From UHGV virus genome UHGV-0077154: a stretch of DNA of 13,459 bases; one strand, written 5' to 3'. Of this stretch, positions 1-6,892 are shown piece by piece. A program made the translations under genes and the position numbers. Each line of letters opens with the position of its first letter. Within the stretch, counting starts at the first letter, position 1. The notes beneath the pieces are model-generated. The model saw only the letters and a list, made by a program, of their open reading frames with translations. It was not told where the DNA came from and searched no databases. This stretch comes from a virus.

Positions 1-54
1 GAACGAGAGCTTCCCAAGCTCTATACGAGGGTTCGATTCCCTTCGCCCGCTCCA
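1..54 (+). tRNA. glyU: 3' 54 nt of tRNA-Gly (anticodon CCC); the 5' ~20 nt lie outside the window
   Basis: Sequence gaacgagagcttCCCaagctctatacgagggttcgattcccttcgcccgctcca matches from memory the 3' part of enterobacterial tRNA-Gly1: anticodon stem-loop AGAGC/TTCCCAA/GCTCT, T-arm GAGGG/TTCGATT/CCCTT, acceptor 3' strand CGCCCGC, discriminator T, CCA at 52-54. One extra matching base (g at position 1) compared with the right-hand copy suggests this is the genuine gene. Confidence 0.8.
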
Positions 55-85
55 GTCTCCTGATAAATCAACAAGTTATGATTTA
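2..85. repeat. attL: direct repeat, 60 bp perfect (2-61) plus 24 bp imperfect extension (62-85)
   Basis: 2-61 is identical to 13376-13435. The following 24 bp (62-85 vs 13436-13459) differ at only 3 positions, so 55-85 matches 13429-13459 at 28/31. Confidence 0.8.
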
Positions 86-89
86 TCAG
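60..89. promoter_or_regulatory. 9-bp perfect inverted repeat CTGATAAAT-N12-ATTTATCAG just past the tRNA end; candidate recombinase binding site
   Basis: ctgataaat (60-68) and atttatcag (81-89) are exact reverse complements separated by 12 bp. Confidence 0.35.
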
Positions 90-621
90 TTAGTTACGTT
101 GCCCCGCTTTAGCAGGTACAACTTAAACTACCCATTGTTCTACGCCCGCACCTGTCGCGTGATTGGTCTGTGGTACAAGGGAGCATATCATCACGCTGGC
201 GGTGGTTCCAAGTTCTTACCGCGACAGTACAACAACGAACAAAAAGCCGCATACCTGGCATAACTCCCGAACTGATTGATCACACGCATTTAAGCCCGAT
301 GTGTGGCCCTATGAGCCACGTAAACAGGTGAATAGTGGTAATGCCCCGGTAGCTACAGATCCGGCTCTGCCAGCGCTTCGCTCACGCTCCGAAAGGTACA
401 CGAGCACCCTGATAAGGTGTGATCCATCTGACAATCTGATGATGTCGCTACGCTCCGCTTGTTGCTTGTACCACTAACGGGGCTTTATGGTTTCTATTGA
501 CTTAAATTAGATAGTTGCAAGGAAATAAACTAAGGATAATTTAAGTGTTGAGCGGTTTACTCATACTGCTTGAGGGCAGTATCATTACAACATTAATGGG
601 ATTTTTAAGGGACTGATGTGA

Positions 622-1257
622 ATGGCTGAGTATCATCCTGCGGTATTTAATGCTGAGGCTTTTAACTGTCCTTACTGCGGTGTATATGCCCGTCAGTTCT
701 GGCGCAATTTGTTTGGTAGCGGAAATGCGTTGGCAACTGTTGCGACTGCGTTCCGTATGTCAACATGTTCTCATTGTGATGAAGATTCTTATTGGTATGA
801 GGGCAATATGATGGTCCCTGCTGCTGGAAATGTGGAACTACCTAGTCCTGACATGCCTGAAGACTGCAAGTTCGACTATATGGAAGCAAGAAGCATCGTT
901 AATCTGTCCCCTAAAGGTGCTGCTGCACTCCTTCGCCTGAGTCTGCAAAAACTGATGGTCCACCTTGGCGAACCGGGTAAACATATTGACACGGACATAA
1001 AATCTCTCGTGGCTAAAGGCTTGTCTCCGTTGGTCCAAAGAGCCGCAGATATTTGTCGCATTGTCGGTAATCAGGCTGTTCACCCCGGAGAAATTAATCT
1101 TGATGATGACCCGCAATTAGCACATGGCCTCTTCAAATTACTGAATATTATTGTCACGGAACAAATTACCAGACCCAAAGAGGTTGAAAAGATGTTCAAT
1201 AGTATGCCTGAAAGGGCGTTGAAGGGTATTGAAAACAGAGATAAACCTAAAACTTAA
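622..1257 (+). CDS. Zn-ribbon plus DUF4145-like domain protein (211 aa), possible defence/abortive-infection cargo
   Basis: ORF with two CxxC pairs at the N-terminus (CPYC, CSHC). The C-terminal half has the pattern [13 protein letters not shown]...[33 protein letters not shown], which I recall as the DUF4145 signature (R-x-GN-x-a-H). Weak SD (AAGG about 12 nt upstream). Followed by a hairpin at 1263-1276. Confidence 0.6.
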   Translation: MAEYHPAVFNAEAFNCPYCGVYARQFWRNLFGSGNALATVATAFRMSTCSHCDEDSYWYEGNMMVPAAGNVELPSPDMPEDCKFDYMEARSIVNLSPKGAAALLRLSLQKLMVHLGEPGKHIDTDIKSLVAKGLSPLVQRAADICRIVGNQAVHPGEINLDDDPQLAHGLFKLLNIIVTEQITRPKEVEKMFNSMPERALKGIENRDKPKT

Positions 1258-1260
1258 ACT

Positions 1261-1280
1261 GAGGGGCTTAAGCCCCTTTA
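1261..1280. terminator. Palindromic hairpin GGGGCTTAAGCCCC between convergent genes; candidate bidirectional terminator
   Basis: Perfect 14-bp palindrome at 1263-1276, flanked by an A-run upstream and TTTA downstream; lies between the stop codons at 1257 (+) and 1283 (-). Confidence 0.5.
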
Positions 1281-1282
1281 GA

Positions 1283-2101
1283 TTATTCAGAAAACCAAAT
1301 TTCTGGCCGTCTAAACTCCTTATTCTCAATAAAAAACAGAATATCTTTCCAGGCTTCTTCATTTTCTTCCCAGAATTTTTGTTTTTCATTCATTGTAAGG
1401 ACTTTACTATCATCTATTAACTTCTTGAGAATAGCAGGGATATCTTTATAGGGTTTTTTCCAGAAGGCATTACGTAATTCTTCAATTTCTGCATTTGCAT
1501 CCCGAACGGGTTTTAGAAGTTCAAGCTGTTTTTCTGTATCGGTAATAGGTTTATTTCCAACCCACTGATGATAGATTTTGCTAGCTTCTTCATGATGACC
1601 CCGAAGAATTGTTATTATTGTTTTTGAGAGTAACGAGCACATGTCAAAAGTAGTAAAGTAAAACCAATCGTGTTTGATTGCGGTTAATTCATCTTTTTTA
1701 ACCCCTATTTGTTCAAGTTCACTCGAAATTGAAGATACTAATTTATAAAGATCTTTGTTTGATGTTGCTGTATCTAGGCGTCCGGTTCTGGAGGCTAATG
1801 AAATAGCTACTTCAGAAATAGGTAAGGAAACTTTTCTTAAACTATCTAAAACTTTTTCAGCATCGTTAATAGTATCTCTTAATTTTGCCTCCATGCCTAA
1901 GAGCTTTATTTCATGCCATTCAAATTGAGTAAGTACCATCAACCCGAAGCCTGTTACAATGACAACAGTCCCTTCAGTTGCTCCTATTGTCAGAGTTACA
2001 ATTACACCAGCGCCTATAAGTAGCAATGCAATGAAAAACAAAAAATTCTTTATCCATTTATTTTTTAGCATATCACTGTCACCATTACGATTAAATTTCA
2101 T
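1283..2101 (-). CDS. Hypothetical membrane protein (272 aa, or 262 aa from the second Met), AT-rich cargo gene
   Basis: Long ORF in visibly AT-rich DNA. N-terminal hydrophobic stretch FLFFIALLLIGAGVIVTLTIGATEGTVVIVTGFGLMVL predicts 1-2 TM helices, followed by a charged, helical soluble domain. A GGTGA SD precedes the second Met (start about 2071). Confidence 0.65.
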   Translation of the reverse strand: MKFNRNGDSDMLKNKWIKNFLFFIALLLIGAGVIVTLTIGATEGTVVIVTGFGLMVLTQFEWHEIKLLGMEAKLRDTINDAEKVLDSLRKVSLPISEVAISLASRTGRLDTATSNKDLYKLVSSISSELEQIGVKKDELTAIKHDWFYFTTFDMCSLLSKTIITILRGHHEEASKIYHQWVGNKPITDTEKQLELLKPVRDANAEIEELRNAFWKKPYKDIPAILKKLIDDSKVLTMNEKQKFWEENEEAWKDILFFIENKEFRRPEIWFSE

Positions 2102-2124
2102 CCAATATGAAGTAAAGTAAGTAA

Positions 2125-2334
2125 CTATTTTTCGTTCTCTGATGCCTCAAACGTCTTGGAGTGAGGGCAGGACTGGGAGCGCGTCACCAGCGTGAACAGA
2201 TAAATGTTGCTTTCGTAAGTGCAAAGCCGTTTTCCGCCCTGTAACTCTTGTTCGTCGGGGTTGCTCATGGTGATTTTTCCTGCATGAGCCGCCAGCGGCA
2301 GCAGTGCCACAACAAATAGTAAAATTTTCTTCAT
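2125..2334 (-). CDS. Small signal-peptide protein (~69 aa), function unknown
   Basis: MKKILLFVVALLPLAAHA|GK... is a typical Sec signal peptide with an AHA-G cleavage site; the mature part has 2 Cys. The track ORF 2125..2340 begins with GTG; ATG at 2334 is the more likely start. Weak SD. Confidence 0.4.
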   Translation of the reverse strand: MKKILLFVVALLPLAAHAGKITMSNPDEQELQGGKRLCTYESNIYLFTLVTRSQSCPHSKTFEASENEK

Positions 2335-3325
2335 TTCCACAACCTGCCCCGTAGGTGTCCCGGCTCTTTATCCTCCAAGTTTACATTCTCCTGTTGAAAA
2401 TATCCCCGGCTCTGTTGGTGATCTGCTAGACCGTCAGCCCAGGCCCTCGGTGAAAAGCGCTTTTCTTCGCCAAATATCGCTACGTTATGCCTTCAGCGAC
2501 ACGCCTCACTGCAACAAGCAGTGCAGTTACACAATGCTGCTTTGGGCTGAGGCAAGGGAGATAACTTGATGTTTTGAAGTGCCTCTGTTCACTAATTGTA
2601 CAACCATTTAACATATTGTATCTTATAAGTACTTGACTGGAATGGTCAGGTATTGCTTTTCGGAGCGTTGATGCGAAGCGGAGTACACAACAACGATTTG
2701 ATCAACAGAAGGAAAGCATTCGGGAGGATTTGAGGTGAGTTCTCTTGTTCAAGGATTTTGGATGAGTTTGTCCGGTCACCACACAATTTCAGGTTTCAGG
2801 CCTTTGAAGCTGCCAGCGCATCTAACACGATGAAAGAGCATTTTTCTCTTTATCAGCAGAAAAAGAGCTACTACGGCGACGTTACCACAACGGGGTGAAG
2901 AACTATCGTCACCTGGCGAAATTCTCCCGCCCTTGCAGGTCACGGATACGTACCTTTTCCCGCACCAGCGCAAGCCTTCTCACCAATAGCCCCGTATGCT
3001 CCACCAGAAGCGCTACAGCGCGTCATCTCCACACAATTGTAAACTACACACCCATAGCACAGCGCCCCGCTGAGAAGCTCTGACACGCCCAGAAATGGAT
3101 GGTTTTTCGTTGATTTTGCGAAGAAAATTAATTTTTTCGGTATGGAAGGGCGGATCGGTAAACTGGTTTGACACGCATTTGGTTGACATATTTAACGCAT
3201 CCAGCCCCTGCGCGGGTTCGTTGTGTATCCGATACCATAACGATCACCACACCACACAGGCGAGCCAGTGACAACAGACAGGATTTTCTAGCAATTAACC
3301 GCAATTAACAGGTATTAAAGCTCTA

Positions 3326-3697
3326 TTATTTCCCGCCGAAAATCCAACCGATGATGGCACCGATTATCGCAGAGCGGGTCTCACCTGCTGCTCCTTTGAG
3401 AACGTTAATAACTGCATCGCCTGCACCAGGTGCCTGCTGTTGAAGTAAATTCAAACCACGAGGTGTTAACTTGGCGGCGGTATCCATGTCGGTTGAAGAG
3501 ATTATCTCCGTGTAACCCATATCGCTGAGAGCCTGGAGTGTGTTGCAAAGCAGGTCAATCTGAGTTCTGTCTCCTCTGGGCTTCCAGCCGAAGTCTGAAA
3601 ATTCGAAAGAAGAGTAAGCCGGATAGTCCGCAAACAGTTTCACCAGGATTCCAGTTGCCATCTCGTTAAAGCTGTCTTTGCCTTGGACGAATTCCAT
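3326..3697 (-). CDS. Hypothetical protein (123 aa) with C-terminal Gly-rich hydrophobic tail (tail-anchored?)
   Basis: Good SD (AAAGGAAA, about 8 nt upstream of ATG on the minus strand). C-terminus SAIIGAIIGWIFGGK looks like a single TM/GxxxG segment. Transcribed divergently from the iteron/promoter control region. Confidence 0.6.
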   Translation of the reverse strand: MEFVQGKDSFNEMATGILVKLFADYPAYSSFEFSDFGWKPRGDRTQIDLLCNTLQALSDMGYTEIISSTDMDTAAKLTPRGLNLLQQQAPGAGDAVINVLKGAAGETRSAIIGAIIGWIFGGK

Positions 3698-3821
3698 AAT
3701 GTTTCCTTTTGTTCACTGATTGAACGAGGTTACTTACTTACCGCTGGAAGTGCCAGCAAGAAGGGATGACGCTGTGCTGTTAATCACTAGGTGAGGGGGT
3801 GTCTTCTACCAGAGGGGAGGC

Positions 3822-3916
3822 CATTGGTAAAGAATCTTAACTAACGTTAGTAAAGATCCTTAACCAGCCATTAGTAAAGAATCTTAACTAACCATTGGTA
3901 AAGATACTTAACCGTA
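3822..3916. repeat. Four tandem ~24-bp iterons (consensus about CATTG-GTAAAGA-ATCTTAAC), followed by an AT-rich stretch (3917-3970)
   Basis: GTAAAGA recurs at 3827, 3850, 3874 and 3898 (spacing 23/24/24 bp), with conserved flanks cattgGTAAAGAatcttaac. Downstream AT-rich DNA contains TAGATCA x2 and CTATATCA x2. Confidence 0.7.
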
Positions 3917-3985
3917 CTATATCACTTACTAGATCATCTTTAGATCACTGCCTATATCAGTAAAAACATTAAGGTCAAAGACAGA

Positions 3986-4001
3986 TTGAACATGCGTTCA
4001 A
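3986..4001. promoter_or_regulatory. Inverted repeat TTGAAC-ATGC-GTTCAA, operator-like
   Basis: 6-bp arms are exact reverse complements with a 4-bp spacer; located in the divergent control region. Confidence 0.35.
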
Positions 4002-4296
4002 TTGTTGGAGTTGTTAGGTGTTATGTAGACAGGCTTCGCCTGTTTACACTCTGTGTGGAAGACAAGCGCAAGCGCGTCAGTCCAATGTGGATCGAGCACG
4101 GCGCAGAGGAGCTTTAAACGCGACGTAACTCCCCCCTTGGAGGGGCGGCGCACCCCCCTCAACCCTGCGCTCTAACAACATCTCTAGAGTCCTCTATCGC
4201 GTTCTGAGCGTCTTTCTCTTATTGTTGGTGACTTTGTACCGTTCCGCTTACAGCGTTGAATCTGAAGCGTCTGAGAGCGTTTTGTGATTACGGGGC

Positions 4297-4410
4297 TTGA
4301 CAAAGAAAATGTATGTGTATAAGGTTGCGGGGTATTGACACAAAACATTTATATCTCTTTATTCATTAAATGAGTTATCGGTTGACAAAGAAACTAATTT
4401 ACTATAAAAT
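4297..4410 (+). promoter_or_regulatory. Three tandem TTGACA-containing repeats/promoters upstream of the rightward operon
   Basis: TTGACAAAGAAA at 4297-4308 and 4382-4393, TTGACACAAAAC at 4335-4346. The third has a good -10 (TAAAAT at 4405-4410, 17-bp spacer); the first has TATAAG at 4318-4323. All are oriented toward the CDS at 4469. Confidence 0.55.
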
Positions 4411-4468
4411 ATATATTATCAAATGAGATGATTTTATGACTAAACAATAACTTAAATAGGAGAGATAC

Positions 4469-4897
4469 ATGGGGAAACCTGTTCTGTTCGATTTCTCGAG
4501 CGCCACTGCCTCAGAGATTGTCGCTGCAATCGATGCAAAAATTACCACAGCTCAAAATCTGCACGCCTTCCGCACTCGTATGGGTGGTGCCAAGAAAGCC
4601 GATAAGCTCTATCCAGCTACTCGCGAAGCACTGAACATCATTAAACGCCTGCGTCAGCAAGCGAAAGACGCAAAAATCATCCGGGATATTCTTAAACCGT
4701 ACTCAGCAGAGTTGGCAAAAGGCCGTGATGTTATGGAAATCATTGAACCAGTGCTGTCTGCCTGGCGTGTCTATTACGCCTCTCATGGCATTGGTTTGAT
4801 GAATGAGCAGATCCTCCTGTTGAAAATGATTGAGGCGGGCGGTGAACTCGAAGGTATTACCGGAAAACCCATTCCCGAACTGACCACAACCGAATAA
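4469..4897 (+). CDS. Hypothetical protein (142 aa), first gene of rightward operon
   Basis: Strong SD AGGAGA with a 5-nt spacer to ATG; no family recognised. Confidence 0.7.
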   Translation: MGKPVLFDFSSATASEIVAAIDAKITTAQNLHAFRTRMGGAKKADKLYPATREALNIIKRLRQQAKDAKIIRDILKPYSAELAKGRDVMEIIEPVLSAWRVYYASHGIGLMNEQILLLKMIEAGGELEGITGKPIPELTTTE

Positions 4898-5072
4898 CCA
4901 TTCTCTTCTTTACGGTGCGAAGCACTTTACCAGAGGTAAACACCTCCGGTGCTATTAGCTTTACTCTGTTGGCAGCAACGCCACCAAACGAAATCGCCGT
5001 AAACACGGCTCCTTACCCCTGATCAATTCCATGATCGCAGGGGCGCACCCGCATATCTAACGCACAGGAGAG

Positions 5073-5264
5073 ATGATTGTGAAACTGTCACTAGACGATG
5101 AAACATATGCAATTTTACGCGAAGAATCTGACCGTTTGGGGATGCCAGTTCCGAGGATGATCCGGAACATGTGCCAGAACCTGGCGAAACACATTCAGAA
5201 ACGCAATGAACAACCACTGACGAACCCACAGGGAGAACAACATGACAGAGACAGTAGAAGCTAA
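5073..5264 (+). CDS. Ribbon-helix-helix-like small DNA-binding protein (~61-63 aa)
   Basis: IVKLSLDDETYAILREESDRLGMPVPRMIRNM fits the beta-strand plus two-helix pattern of CopG/Arc/MetJ-type RHH proteins. GGAG lies 8 nt upstream of GTG at 5079, which may be the true start rather than ATG at 5073. Confidence 0.55.
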   Translation: MIVKLSLDDETYAILREESDRLGMPVPRMIRNMCQNLAKHIQKRNEQPLTNPQGEQHDRDSRS

Positions 5265-5886
5265 TCTGCCAGACGAACAGGACGGCACTTTTGATCGCAA
5301 TTATACCGAGATTAAGCGCTTGAAAGTGTTGGTTGCCGACGATGGAACTAAAATTCCGTTCAGCGCGAACATGAAAGTAGTCTACGCCTACCTCTACACC
5401 TTCCAGACAAATAAAGAGCGGCGGAACTACCCTGAGCCAATTTATCCTAATATGGAAATAATCGCGTGGGAAAATGGCATTACTAAACCCACGGCGCAAA
5501 AGGCTGTGGATGATTTGATGCGGGCGGGGGTGTTGATTAAGGACCAAATTCAGGTTGGGAGCGGGTTTAAGTCCAACAATTACGTTGTGTTGAAACCCTC
5601 GAAAGTGGTGGCGCGTGGCGTCACTCCACCGCATCCAAATGCTTCTAAATATTCAACTGCCGAGGAGAGCGGTAAGAATGAACAAAAACGTGCTGTGGTG
5701 GAACCTGCCGCGCCTGTTGCTGGAAAACCAGACGGCATACCTGTTGTGGATATTCCTGTCGATGCTGATGTACCTGCCGATGATGATGCGGTGATCGGAG
5801 ACTTTAGTGATCCTTACCTTGATGCTGAAGTAAAAGAATGGCAGAAACAAAAACATAGTGGAGGATTGAATTGTGTGAACACGTAA
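5242..5886 (+). CDS. Putative winged-helix-like DNA-binding protein with acidic C-terminal tail (214 aa); candidate iteron-binding initiator or regulator
   Basis: SD GGGAGAA 4-5 nt before ATG; overlaps the upstream gene by 23 nt. Segment MEIIAWENGITKPTAQKAVDDLMRAGVLIK resembles a wHTH; C-terminus is D/E/P-rich (DIPVDADVPADDDAVIGDF). Function is inferred only. Confidence 0.6.
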   Translation: MTETVEANLPDEQDGTFDRNYTEIKRLKVLVADDGTKIPFSANMKVVYAYLYTFQTNKERRNYPEPIYPNMEIIAWENGITKPTAQKAVDDLMRAGVLIKDQIQVGSGFKSNNYVVLKPSKVVARGVTPPHPNASKYSTAEESGKNEQKRAVVEPAAPVAGKPDGIPVVDIPVDADVPADDDAVIGDFSDPYLDAEVKEWQKQKHSGGLNCVNT

Positions 5887-6347
5887 GCGTTGAACTGACC
5901 GCAGATGAAGAACAAAAGCTATCTCGCCTTTTCTCCGTCCTGGAGAAACCGACATATAAATCCCGATCCAAACCTTCCGATCCGGAAACACAACGCAAAG
6001 CCCGTTTATTGCTTAATCGTGGATTTTCACCGCATATTGTCGCTAATACCCTAGATCTGCCGTTCGCTGAAGTCTGGCGGCTCGCACGTCAAAAACAAGC
6101 GGTGACCTGGGCGATGATGACACCGACAGCCCGGACAGAATTTGTCCGTGAAATGTGGTCACATCGGATGCACCCGGAACAGATCCGCAAGCGTTGCGAT
6201 GGTCTGTCATACGTCAGTCTGAGATATTACCTGCATAACGCCGGGATCACTGACGCTGAAATGTTGGGTTACTACCCAGACGTGTTCGTGAATATCTGCA
6301 AGCTGCCGACAGTGAAGAAGAAGCGCACTAAGTGTAAGGCCCGTTAG
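5871..6347 (+). CDS. Hypothetical basic protein with HTH-like segment (158 aa)
   Basis: TTG start 6 nt after GGAGG (5860-5864), overlapping the upstream gene end (coupled translation). KARLLLNRGFSPHIVANTLDLPFAEVWRLARQ is HTH-like; lysine-rich C-terminus. Could be a regulator or a small-terminase-like DNA-recognition protein; not resolved. Confidence 0.55.
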   Translation: MCEHVSVELTADEEQKLSRLFSVLEKPTYKSRSKPSDPETQRKARLLLNRGFSPHIVANTLDLPFAEVWRLARQKQAVTWAMMTPTARTEFVREMWSHRMHPEQIRKRCDGLSYVSLRYYLHNAGITDAEMLGYYPDVFVNICKLPTVKKKRTKCKAR

Positions 6348-6349
6348 GG

Positions 6350-6365
6350 TGAACGTTAACGTTCA
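6350..6365. promoter_or_regulatory. 16-bp perfect palindrome TGAACGTTAACGTTCA
   Basis: Exact self-complementary 16-mer immediately after the stop codon at 6347; shares the TGAAC/GTTCA half-site with the palindrome at 3986-4001. Confidence 0.4.
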
Positions 6366-6511
6366 TCACTTTGTGACCGGATCGCCAATCCAAATAATCC
6401 CACATCGGGAGCCAATGAACTTTGAAGCAATCCTTTCTTACCTGCCCGTTGTCTGGCTGGCGTATCGCTGCGTCCGTGATGGGCTGATCCTACTTTGGAG
6501 ACACCATAAAA

Positions 6512-6892
6512 ATGACATTGAACAGCATTAAAAATGCTCTGTTTGCCGCTATGCACGGCATGACACCGGAGGAATACGAACTCCAAAAGGCGCGGGACAA
6601 TCTCAAGAGCGTCACCGATAACTTTCTGGATCAACATCCGGAGTTGCTCAAATCAGCCTCGTCTGACACCCCCACGGATAAACGGGGCGAAGCCCTCTCG
6701 CCAATGCGAGACACCTTTGGTGCTGAACAACGGATTAAAAAATCTTTGGGCGCTGATAGCCGTCCGGCGGTAAGTCATACCGCTGATCACATCGATCCTG
6801 AAATGCTGGCGAAAGCTAAAGCAGCGGCTGCTGCTCTCGCAAAATCTGACCCTGATCGTTACGGCAATATCATCAAGCAGCAGGGGGTGTGA
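6512..6892 (+). CDS. Hypothetical protein (126 aa)
   Basis: ORF with GGAG about 11 nt upstream; its stop overlaps the start of the next gene (GTGATGA), suggesting translational coupling. Ala/Lys-rich C-terminus. Confidence 0.55.
   Translation: MTLNSIKNALFAAMHGMTPEEYELQKARDNLKSVTDNFLDQHPELLKSASSDTPTDKRGEALSPMRDTFGAEQRIKKSLGADSRPAVSHTADHIDPEMLAKAKAAAAALAKSDPDRYGNIIKQQGV

Noticed and set aside
78-263. 61-aa ORF immediately after the tRNA/attL
   Set aside because: No SD, odd composition, and it starts inside the att-adjacent inverted repeat; more likely non-coding att-arm DNA.
2776-3083. Overlapping 65-aa (minus) and 62-aa (plus) ORFs in the 1-kb gap
   Set aside because: Arg/Ser/Cys-rich low-complexity translations without SD; probably chance ORFs in GC-rich non-coding DNA.
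3822-3916. Possible CRISPR array
   Set aside because: Repeats are directly abutting 24-bp iterons with no unique spacers and no leader or cas genes; this is iteron organisation, not CRISPR.
5023-5991. Minus-strand ORFs of 203 aa and 112 aa antisense to the rightward operon
   Set aside because: They overlap plus-strand genes that have SD sequences and coupled start/stop codons; the translations are low-complexity with no start signals.
6349-6531. 60-aa ORF starting with GTG 2 nt after the preceding stop
   Set aside because: No usable SD (the internal ATG has GGGAG only 3 nt upstream); the 5' end is the 16-bp palindrome, so this is more likely regulatory DNA than a gene.
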